In this document: positions 56,499 through 64,000 of the stretch, one piece after another
How positions within the stretch are numbered: position 1 is the stretch's first letter
Layout of the letters: the number at the start of each line of letters is the position of its first letter
Assembly: GCA_043821645.1 (NCBI GenBank)
Contig: JBDRCO010000046.1
Location: forward strand, 1-64,000
Source: Pseudomonadota bacterium
GTDB taxonomy: Bacteria > Myxococcota > JACRCW01 > JAFGSX01
Length of the DNA: 64,000 bases
Direction of reading: 5' to 3'
The notes under the pieces: generated by a model
The model's input: only the letters and a program-made list of their open reading frames with translations
Told to the model about the DNA's origin: nothing
Database searches by the model: none
Program-made: the position numbers and the translations under genes

Positions 56499-58490
56499 TC
56501 AGAACTGGACGGCGAACAGCCCCTGCACGGTCTGGGCGAACTTGGCCTCGCGGAAGTTCTCGCTCGATAGGGCCAGCTCCTTGCGGTGGCTCAGGCCCTG
56601 CCACGGGAACAGGATGCCGTAGGCCAGGCCGGCCACGAAGCCGTCGTCAGACTGGTAGAACAGGTGGGCGTTGAGCTCGGTGCCGAGCAGGTTGGAGTTG
56701 CCCGGTGTCGATGAGGCGTAGTGCGAGAAGCTCTGGATCACCGCACCGTTCACGCCCAGGCCCTCGGTGATGTAGTAGGTGACGTTGGGCTTGAGGTAGA
56801 TGGCGTCGGTGACCGTCCCCAGCACCTCGCGGAACAGGATCAGATCCACGTGGTAGTCGGGGTCGAACTTGAAGTTGGTGATGTCGGTGTCGTAGCGGGC
56901 GCAGCTGCCGTCGTCGCGGAACTCGAGGCAGGCGCCGTACTGGCGGCCGTCGAAGTCGCCGGGCTCGGGATCCTTGGCGCCCTGGGCCGCAGGGCGCAGA
57001 CCAAAGCCCGGGGCGTCGTCACCCGAGGCCATGCCCAGGTTGAGGCCCACGATCAGGCTGTCGTGCAGGAAGCTGTACGAACCCTCGAGGGCAAAGCCCC
57101 ACTGCAGGATGGTGATGGGATCGGAGTAGACATCCTCGGCGGTGATGCCGCCGCTGGTCGACATGTTGCCGATGGTGCCGTACATGCCCACGGCCTCGGC
57201 CTCGAGCTTGAGCTTGCGCCACTGGAACATGCCCCACAGCGACAGGATGAAGGCGTTGGCGTCGCGGCGCACGTAGGTGCCGGGCTGATCGCTGGCCAGC
57301 TCACCGTAAGGGAAGCTCGGGCTCATGTACCACTGCGGCTGGTCGTAGGACTGGGTGCGATACACGAAGTAGCCGCCGTAGTTGGCCACCCAGCCGTCGT
57401 TGGCCATCTGCTCCTCGATGTCCTCGGGCTTGTCGCGGCGAGCCACGGCCAGGATCCAGCTCTTGACGTCGTCCCGGGGGTCGAGGTCGATGCGCTGGCC
57501 GCCCTCGTTGGCCTGGGCGCGCAGGTTGCCGTCGCCGCCCAGGCGTCCGTTGGGGCCGGTGGCGGTGAAGTCCCAGGCCGGCACGATGTAGTGCCCGTAG
57601 AGTCGCGTCACGAACATGATGCGGTCCGCGCTGTCGCCGTAGTCGCTGTCGAGCTTGTTGCCGTCGTTGGCCAGCAGCCCGAGGCCAAAGTTGCTGGGCA
57701 CGCGGCCGAAGCGCAGCTGGCCAAAGGGCGTCATGACCTCGGCCCAGGCCCGCTTGATCGCAATGGAATCGGTGACGCCGTTGAGTCCCGCCTGGGGCGA
57801 CACCATGGAGCCGGTGAAAGCAGGCAGGGGCAGCGTCGGGTTGCCGGTGAACCCGGGCAGGGACTCCGGGGTCGAGCCCAGCACCAGGTTGTCGAAGATG
57901 TCGATGGTGGCGTGCAGGCTGATGTCCTCGGACACGTTGAGGATGGGCTGCACCCGCAGGCGCATGTTGGCGCTGGTCAGGGTGTTGGTGTTCTCGGCGT
58001 TGCGCCTGAACAGTGTCGGCGGCGGCACCGATGACGTGGCGCGGATGCGCGTGCCGGCGTTGGGATCCGCGCTGTTGACCGGGGCCTGATCGTCGTAGGT
58101 GCCCAGGTGCAGGCGATCAAACAGGTCCATGCGCGCGCGCAGGTAGCCGTCGAACTCCAGGAAGTTGAGCTTGGGCTTGATCTCCTCGATCCAGCTCTCC
58201 TCTTTCCAGGCGCTCTCGGCCTTCTTGCCGATCTGCATCTCGTCTTGAGATTTCTGGACCTCGGCCTGCATCTCCTCGCGCAGCTCGGCCTTGATCTGGG
58301 CCTTGAGCGCGTCGATGTCGACGGCAGTCGGCGCCGGTACGGTCTCGGTCACGGCGGGAGCGCTGTCCGGGGCATCAGCAGGCGCGCTCGCGGCTGCCTC
58401 GGGCTTTTCCGGGGTGGCCGTGGCAGGTGTCTGAGCCCGGAGCAGCGTGGGTGAGAGCGCCAGCAGCGCGGTCACGACGAGTCGCTTCAT
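56499..58490 (-). CDS. Myxobacterial outer-membrane beta-barrel protein (TIGR04551-like)
   Basis: Signal peptide; DGYLRAR, ANMRLR, KRAWAEVMTPFGQLRFGR, ANDG..LDSDYGD..DR, NFKFDPDYHVDLILFRE; C-terminal Phe. Confidence 0.8.
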   Translation of the reverse strand: MKRLVVTALLALSPTLLRAQTPATATPEKPEAAASAPADAPDSAPAVTETVPAPTAVDIDALKAQIKAELREEMQAEVQKSQDEMQIGKKAESAWKEESWIEEIKPKLNFLEFDGYLRARMDLFDRLHLGTYDDQAPVNSADPNAGTRIRATSSVPPPTLFRRNAENTNTLTSANMRLRVQPILNVSEDISLHATIDIFDNLVLGSTPESLPGFTGNPTLPLPAFTGSMVSPQAGLNGVTDSIAIKRAWAEVMTPFGQLRFGRVPSNFGLGLLANDGNKLDSDYGDSADRIMFVTRLYGHYIVPAWDFTATGPNGRLGGDGNLRAQANEGGQRIDLDPRDDVKSWILAVARRDKPEDIEEQMANDGWVANYGGYFVYRTQSYDQPQWYMSPSFPYGELASDQPGTYVRRDANAFILSLWGMFQWRKLKLEAEAVGMYGTIGNMSTSGGITAEDVYSDPITILQWGFALEGSYSFLHDSLIVGLNLGMASGDDAPGFGLRPAAQGAKDPEPGDFDGRQYGACLEFRDDGSCARYDTDITNFKFDPDYHVDLILFREVLGTVTDAIYLKPNVTYYITEGLGVNGAVIQSFSHYASSTPGNSNLLGTELNAHLFYQSDDGFVAGLAYGILFPWQGLSHRKELALSSENFREAKFAQTVQGLFAVQF

Positions 58491-58511
58491 GAAAAAACTC
58501 CTTGTAGAACA

Positions 58512-60014
58512 TCAGCGGGCCCAGGCGCTCATGCGCTGGGAGACCCGCAGCGAGAATTGGGTGCGCAGCACACGTCCGGTGGCCACATCGAACGCTGACA
58601 CGGTGATGATGCCCTCGATGTCGGCGCGCACCGTGACCAGCGCACGCTCGATGGGGGTCCCGTCGACCGCCAGGGAGATGGCCCCCAGCGCCTCGTTGTC
58701 GGACACGTACTCGTTCTCGCCCTGGTACATCACGAGTTCGCGCGTGTCCTGGCCCTCGAAGGCAATCTCGAAGCTGCCCTCACAGGGCAGCATGGTGTTG
58801 CGCTTGATCAAGGGGACCATGGTTCCGCGCTCGCCGGCGATCCCCACGCTGGCTGGCAGCACATCGAGCATGCGCATCGCACGGTCGGTACCCAGGCTGG
58901 CGGCGAAGCTCGCGGCACCCACGGCCACCGCCTCTTGGGGGTGAACGGCGTGCGAGAGCTTGATGCCAAAGGCTTCCTTGAGGGCCTCGCGGACCCTCGG
59001 CACGCGCGTCGAACCGCCCACCAGCAGCACGTGGTCGATCTCCTGCTCGTGCAGCCCGCTGTCGCGCAGCGTGTTGCGGGCGATCTCGATCGAACGTTCG
59101 ATCAGGCGGGCGATGCGGGACTCGAAGGCCGAGCGTGTGTACATCAAGCGCACGTCCGAGCCCGGGAACAGCTGAGGCATCATGCGCTCGACCTTGTCGA
59201 TGTCGCTGAGCTCCCGCTTCATGCTCTCGGCCTCGAGCAGCAAGCGGCGCAGCGCCACGGGCTCCTCCCGCACGGCACGCCCACACTGCATCAGGATCTG
59301 GGACTCCAGGTCCTCGACGATGGCATTGTCGAAGTCGAGACCTCCGAGCAGCGGGTGGCCACCCACGGCCAGGATCTCGTGCACGTCCTCCTCGATGCGC
59401 AGCACCGTGACGTCGAAGGTGCCGCCGCCGAGGTCGTAGATCATGACCCGCTCGCCGGGCTTGGCGCGGGCGCCATAGGCCACGCTGGCGGCCGTGGGCT
59501 CGGTGAGCACGCGCACGACGTCGATCTCGGCGCGGGTGGCAGCGGCGTGAATGGCCCGGCGCTGGGCCGCACCGAAGTGTGCCGGGGCCGTGACCACGGC
59601 GCTGATCACCGAGGCCCCGGTGGCGGCGCGGGCGCGATCCCGCAGCTCGCTGAACACGGCCGTGGCGATCTCACCCGGCGAGTAATGCCGCCCGTCGACG
59701 GACACTGCGCAGTAGCGCTGGTCGTCGGGCTCGATGCTGTAAGCCACGGTCTGGCGGAACTGCTGCACCACGTGCGTGTCGAAGCCTCGTCCGAGCAGGC
59801 GCTTGACGCCCACGACGGTGCGGTCGGGCTCCAGGATGCTGCGCTGGACAGCGCGCTCGCCCACCAGCCGTTCCCCCTCCTGTCCCAGGTAGACAACCGT
59901 GGGAGTGACCCGTTCACCGCCCCCCGTCTCGATCACGCGGGTATTGGTCCCGTCGCTCACCGCGATGGTGCTGTAGGTGGTCCCGAAGTCGACGCCAAAC
60001 ACCAGCTCGCTCAT
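58512..60014 (-). CDS. Hsp70-family protein lacking the helical lid
   Basis: GVDFGTTYS, EPTAA, YDLGGGTFDVT, LVGGSTRVP, linker MLDVLP; only 500 aa. Confidence 0.9.
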   Translation of the reverse strand: MSELVFGVDFGTTYSTIAVSDGTNTRVIETGGGERVTPTVVYLGQEGERLVGERAVQRSILEPDRTVVGVKRLLGRGFDTHVVQQFRQTVAYSIEPDDQRYCAVSVDGRHYSPGEIATAVFSELRDRARAATGASVISAVVTAPAHFGAAQRRAIHAAATRAEIDVVRVLTEPTAASVAYGARAKPGERVMIYDLGGGTFDVTVLRIEEDVHEILAVGGHPLLGGLDFDNAIVEDLESQILMQCGRAVREEPVALRRLLLEAESMKRELSDIDKVERMMPQLFPGSDVRLMYTRSAFESRIARLIERSIEIARNTLRDSGLHEQEIDHVLLVGGSTRVPRVREALKEAFGIKLSHAVHPQEAVAVGAASFAASLGTDRAMRMLDVLPASVGIAGERGTMVPLIKRNTMLPCEGSFEIAFEGQDTRELVMYQGENEYVSDNEALGAISLAVDGTPIERALVTVRADIEGIITVSAFDVATGRVLRTQFSLRVSQRMSAWAR

Positions 60015-60292
60015 GCGGGCCCCCTGGATGTCGCGGCCAACCTGCGCAGGGCGTCTCCCACTTCGCCCAGGCGGTCATACTGGACGAGGGATCGCTCGAT
60101 GTGCGGGACCAGATGCTCGACGTGCTCGGGCTGCAGGTGCAGGGGGTCGAGCTGGATGGCGTGGCTGGCGTACTTGATCACGGCCACCGCAATGATGCGC
60201 CCCAGGACCGGTTCCAGCACGCGCAGCACGTCAAGAGCTGTCGGGGACAGCGCCTCGAGCTGCGGTCGGACCGAGCGCACTGTGTTGGCCAT
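60011..60292 (-). CDS. Small helical hypothetical protein
   Basis: Stop overlaps the Hsp70 start (ATGA); plausible helical sequence. Confidence 0.6.
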   Translation of the reverse strand: MANTVRSVRPQLEALSPTALDVLRVLEPVLGRIIAVAVIKYASHAIQLDPLHLQPEHVEHLVPHIERSLVQYDRLGEVGDALRRLAATSRGPA

Positions 60293-60429
60293 CGGGATCC
60301 CTGAATCCGCGTCCAGCAGCCAGCGCCACCCGTCGCAGCACCGTCGAGCGGACGTGGCGTGCACGTCAGGCGCGCGATGTTGTCACAGCACAGACACGGG
60401 CGCTACCCCCGAGACGGGGTGGCGGATGT

Positions 60430-60834
60430 TCACGGACCAGGCTGACTCAGCTCGACCAGCACCCCTCCGCTCGCCTTGGGGTGCACGAAGCCCACGCGCG
60501 CGCCGTCGGCCCCGGGTCGAGCCTGGCGGTCGATGAGCCTGGTGCCTCCCTCGCCAAGCCGAGTCAGCTCGGCATCCACCGCGTCGCTGAGCAGGCACAG
60601 GTGGTGAAGACCGGGGCCGCGGCTGTGCAGCGTGCGGGCGATCTCGCTGTCCTCGCGGGTCGAGGCGATGAGTTCGAGGCGGGTGTCGCCCAGGGGCAGC
60701 ATGGCCACGCGCAGGCCACGCTCGGGCAGGTCCTCGACGTGGGTGACCTCGAGGCCGAGGGCGTCGCGCCAGAAGGCCAGGGCTCGATCCAGGTCCTCGA
60801 CGGCAATGCCGATGTGATCGATGCGGCGGGTCAT
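60430..60834 (-). CDS. mce: Methylmalonyl-CoA epimerase (VOC family)
   Basis: IDHIGIAV, RLELI, GPGLHHLC, GADGARVGFVHPKASGGVLVEL. Confidence 0.9.
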   Translation of the reverse strand: MTRRIDHIGIAVEDLDRALAFWRDALGLEVTHVEDLPERGLRVAMLPLGDTRLELIASTREDSEIARTLHSRGPGLHHLCLLSDAVDAELTRLGEGGTRLIDRQARPGADGARVGFVHPKASGGVLVELSQPGP

Positions 60835-60858
60835 CGGTGCTCGCTTGGGGCTGTGGGT

Positions 60859-61920
60859 CTAGCAGGCGCCATGGTTGGACAGAAATGGAGCCTCGCTGCG
60901 TTCGGTGAGGTTCAGGGTGCTGCCGCTGCCGCTGACGGACAGGTCCACGACATTGAAGAACTGGTCGCAGGCGGTGATCTCGCGGGTGTAGGTGCCGCGC
61001 AGGGTGGCGCCCTGGAATACCTTGACCTCGAAGGTGATGGGAAGGGGATCCGAATGCAGCGAATAGACATGGACACCGACCACGTAGCTCCCGCTCTCGG
61101 GCTGGTCCATGTTGATGTTCTCGGGGCCAAGGCCGTCGGTATCGTCGATGTCCATCAGAGGGTTGTTGACGGGTCCCGTCGGAGGCCAGTCCGGGGACGT
61201 CGTTTTGCAGTTCGCGTAGTAGCAGTCGTCGGTGTTGGAGAAGGCCACCCCGGTGGAGCGGTACAGGTGCAGATCGACGTCGGCGTGTGGCCCCGACCAC
61301 ACCAGTTGCACATGCAAGGCCTGAGCGGCCGCGGCATCGTAGCTGATGGTGCTGTCTGGCAGCCCCGAAGCATCCCGGCCGGCCCTATCCTGTCCCGTCG
61401 CCGCATCGGTGCCAGGAGTGGCGTCGTAGAAACCGCCGTCGAGGGGCGCCGAGGGATCGACCAGGCCGAACACGGAGAAGTGCAGCACCTGGCCGCTGAC
61501 CTTGAGCCCGTCGAGGTCGTGCATCGGGTTGCCAAGCAGTTGCCAGCGCGGGCCCTGCGCGGTGCCGACGAAGAGGCGCGTCAAGTCCGCCACGTCGCGC
61601 ACCATGCGCTCGGTGTAGCGGTAGGTGACCTTGACAGGTTCGAGAAAGGTGTAACCCTCGGGTTGCACCAGGTAGGCATCGGACACGTGGCCCTCGGGCG
61701 CGCCCAGGATCTCGTCGATGGTGACCTGGATGCGCTCGCCTTCGGGGATGGCGCCGGCGGGGATGCTCAGGGTGAGATTGCCGCCCTCGATGGTGCGTCC
61801 CGTGTGATCCACCACGGCGGTGGCCTTGCGCGGACTCTCGGCCGGTGGCTGTTCCGGCGGGACCGTCAAGCAGGCCGAACCCAGCACCAGCAGCACCAGC
61901 CCCCATGCATTCCTGACCAT
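60859..61920 (-). CDS. Lipoprotein: ZU5-like domain + Asp linker + YfaP/DUF2135-like domain
   Basis: GSAC lipobox; LSIPAGAI...PEGYTFLEPV...HFS; DVDLHL, DCYYAN, DIDDTDGLGPENI. Confidence 0.7.
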   Translation of the reverse strand: MVRNAWGLVLLVLGSACLTVPPEQPPAESPRKATAVVDHTGRTIEGGNLTLSIPAGAIPEGERIQVTIDEILGAPEGHVSDAYLVQPEGYTFLEPVKVTYRYTERMVRDVADLTRLFVGTAQGPRWQLLGNPMHDLDGLKVSGQVLHFSVFGLVDPSAPLDGGFYDATPGTDAATGQDRAGRDASGLPDSTISYDAAAAQALHVQLVWSGPHADVDLHLYRSTGVAFSNTDDCYYANCKTTSPDWPPTGPVNNPLMDIDDTDGLGPENINMDQPESGSYVVGVHVYSLHSDPLPITFEVKVFQGATLRGTYTREITACDQFFNVVDLSVSGSGSTLNLTERSEAPFLSNHGAC

Positions 61921-62041
61921 GATCTCATGCCTCTCATTCACGGCAATCACCCTCGCTCCTGGAACCCGGGTACCACCCCAGCATGTGCGATCTCCGTACC
62001 GTCTCTTGTACCCGACCGGACCCAGGGCGGCAACTCGCGCG

Positions 62042-63151
62042 CTAGAAGCAGGCACTCTTGCCGGGCAGAATCGGCGCGTCGCTGCGCGGCGAGGTGATGA
62101 CCTGGGCGCCATTGCTCAGCACCTGGAGGTCGAGCACAGTGAAGAACTGATCGCAGGTGTCGGCGTGCCCCGTGATGCGCCGCACTTCCCTGCCGTCGAC
62201 GAGCACGGCCACCGTGAAGGTCGCGGTCGTGGTCAGGTTCTTGCGGTCGTACAGGTGTACGCCCACGCTGTAACTGCCGCTGATCGCCTGGGGCAGCAAC
62301 GTGATCTCCGGTCCGAAGCCGTCGAGGTCGTCGATGTCCAGGATCGGGTTGTTGTCCGGTCCGGTGGGGGCCCAGTCCAGGTTCGCCCGGGTCGCGTAGT
62401 AGCAATCGTCGGTGGTCGAGAAGGCCGCCGTGCCGGCGTGGAACAGGTGCAGGTCGAGGTCGAAGCCATTGTCCCAGGTGAGGATGATCTGGACCGCGGC
62501 CCCGGGCAGGTCCGCGTCCGGTCCAACGCTGCTGTCGGGGGTGGGACCTGCGTCCGCAGGCGTGCCCGTATCGGGCGTGGTGCTGCCATCGGGGGAGGTT
62601 CCGGCGTCCTGCGCCGCGCTGCCGTCGGGAGAGGTGGAGGCATCCGGAGCTGGGTGGCCGGCGTCCAGCCCTGTCACCGGAGCCAGCGGGTCCACCAGGC
62701 CAAACACGCCGAAGGAGAACAGCTGCGCCGTGACGCGGCGGGCGTCGAGGTCGTGCTCCTGGTCGGCCACGGGCTCCCAGCTGTCAAAGCGAGCCTCGCC
62801 CAGGAAGAGCTTGGTGGCGTCGCTGGCGGCATCGCGGATGCGTGTGGTGTAGCGGTAGCTGATCGAGATCGGCTGGTTGAAGTGATAGTCCTGCGGCTCC
62901 ACCAGGTAGGCGTCATCGACATTGCCCGCGGGCGTGCCCCGGATCTCGTCGATGGTGACCCGGAGCCTGTCTCCCTCGGACACCGCGCCGGCCGGGATCA
63001 CCAGGGTCAGGTTACCGCCGCGGATGGTGCGGCCAGCGCTGTCGACCACCGCGGTGGCCTTGTGCGGATTGTCCGGCGCGGGCATCTCGGGCGGCACCTC
63101 GACGCAGGCGGTGAGTGCAAGAACCACGGCGAAAGCTGATGTGCGGGTCAT
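62042..63151 (-). CDS. Paralogous lipoprotein: ZU5-like + Asp linker + YfaP/DUF2135-like domain
   Basis: LTAC lipobox; LVIPAGAV; DLDLHL, DCYYA, LDIDDLDGFGPE; visibly colinear with the 60859 gene. Confidence 0.7.
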   Translation of the reverse strand: MTRTSAFAVVLALTACVEVPPEMPAPDNPHKATAVVDSAGRTIRGGNLTLVIPAGAVSEGDRLRVTIDEIRGTPAGNVDDAYLVEPQDYHFNQPISISYRYTTRIRDAASDATKLFLGEARFDSWEPVADQEHDLDARRVTAQLFSFGVFGLVDPLAPVTGLDAGHPAPDASTSPDGSAAQDAGTSPDGSTTPDTGTPADAGPTPDSSVGPDADLPGAAVQIILTWDNGFDLDLHLFHAGTAAFSTTDDCYYATRANLDWAPTGPDNNPILDIDDLDGFGPEITLLPQAISGSYSVGVHLYDRKNLTTTATFTVAVLVDGREVRRITGHADTCDQFFTVLDLQVLSNGAQVITSPRSDAPILPGKSACF

Positions 63152-63269
63152 GTGTTCTCTCCCCATTCGCGACTGGCTATCGAGTGCCTTCGTTCTTTGG
63201 ATGCCGCCACGGTGCAAAGGTCGCACGCTGTGCGCGCGATCACCCAACGGCGTCACAAAACAAGGCAGA

Positions 63270-64000
63270 TCAGGGCTTTAAAGAGATCTCGGGGATCGCG
63301 ATCAGGTGTCCATCGCGCACCATGCCGGCCTGTCCGGGCGGCCAGTCCGTGGGCACGTGGCTGAGCCCGTTGCCGGGCGGTGGCAGGATGCGGCAGCCGC
63401 TGGGAATGGCGCGGCCAGGATGGATGGTGACGTCGGGACCGACGAACACATCGTGGCCGAAGCAGGGGCCGAGCATATGCCCGGGCAGGGGCACGACCTG
63501 GTCTCCGTCGACGACGCGCACCGGCGCGCCCACCCGCAGGTCGAGGGGGCGCACGAAGGAGGTGAGTGCAGCGCGGCGCCCGGCCAGCGCGAACTGCATG
63601 CCGTTCACGCACATGTCTGCGTCGGGATAGCCGGCGCACATGATGAGCACGCTGTTGCGCGACACGAAGCTACCCGGCGACAGGCTGGTGAACTGGATGT
63701 CGGCGCGGTCCTCGATCACCGTGCCCGAACCCACCAGGGCGCCGCGGAGCAAGGCGAAGGGGCCCACCTCGACGTCGTCACCGAGCACCGAGTACTCGAC
63801 CCGCGCGGTGGGGTGGATGCGGCAGCGGCGACCGGTGTAGGTCAGGCGCTCGAGCAGCCGCGCCCGCGAGCCGAACGAGGTGAGCAGGCGCCACAGGGTC
63901 CCCAAGGGGTGGTCGGTGATGTGCTCGACCAGGCGCACCTGGGGCATGAGGTTGTTGGCCCACAGGATGTGCACCCAGTGGCGGATGCGCATGGCCACGG
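63270..64000 (-). CDS. Left-handed beta-helix (hexapeptide-repeat) protein, C-terminal part (5' end outside window)
   Basis: IHPTARVEYSVLGDDVEVGPFA...VGSGTVI; FGHDVFVGPDVTIHPG. Confidence 0.7.
   Translation of the reverse strand, partial: VAMRIRHWVHILWANNLMPQVRLVEHITDHPLGTLWRLLTSFGSRARLLERLTYTGRRCRIHPTARVEYSVLGDDVEVGPFALLRGALVGSGTVIEDRADIQFTSLSPGSFVSRNSVLIMCAGYPDADMCVNGMQFALAGRRAALTSFVRPLDLRVGAPVRVVDGDQVVPLPGHMLGPCFGHDVFVGPDVTIHPGRAIPSGCRILPPPGNGLSHVPTDWPPGQAGMVRDGHLIAIPEISLKP

Overview
A 64-kb, very GC-rich bacterial chromosomal segment. Its gene content (TIGR04551-type outer-membrane protein, DUF6209-like and PEGA proteins, a MYXO-CTERM-like tail, many Cys-rich lipoproteins) points to Myxococcota or a related deltaproteobacterial lineage; this is an inference. 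It holds about 50 CDS and one tRNA-Lys(CTT). I found no rRNA, CRISPR array, integrase or transposase. Recognisable genes are an orphan rplC with its own promoter, greB, an Asp-type (fosfomycin-insensitive type) murA, mce, a four-gene group 3b [NiFe] sulfhydrogenase operon, a thioester-bearing alpha-2-macroglobulin, a lidless Hsp70, a PAS hybrid kinase, a B12-radical SAM enzyme and many secreted proteins. The most striking element is an intact, translationally coupled gatE-gatD operon (35633-38985). GatDE, the Glu-tRNA(Gln) amidotransferase, is normally regarded as archaea-specific, yet here it sits between bacterial murA and the hydrogenase. Other candidates are: strictly periodic Asp linkers shared by seven unrelated secreted proteins; tandem ZU5-like/YfaP paralogs of which only one keeps an HFS autoproteolysis motif; an EF-hand protein with a caspase-like His/Cys pair; a trio of small orphan genes after the tRNA; and a 58-aa gene with a full sigma-54/enhancer promoter layout. 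All family calls come from recognising motifs by eye; no database search was run. Many start codons were re-chosen relative to the ORF track and are approximate.
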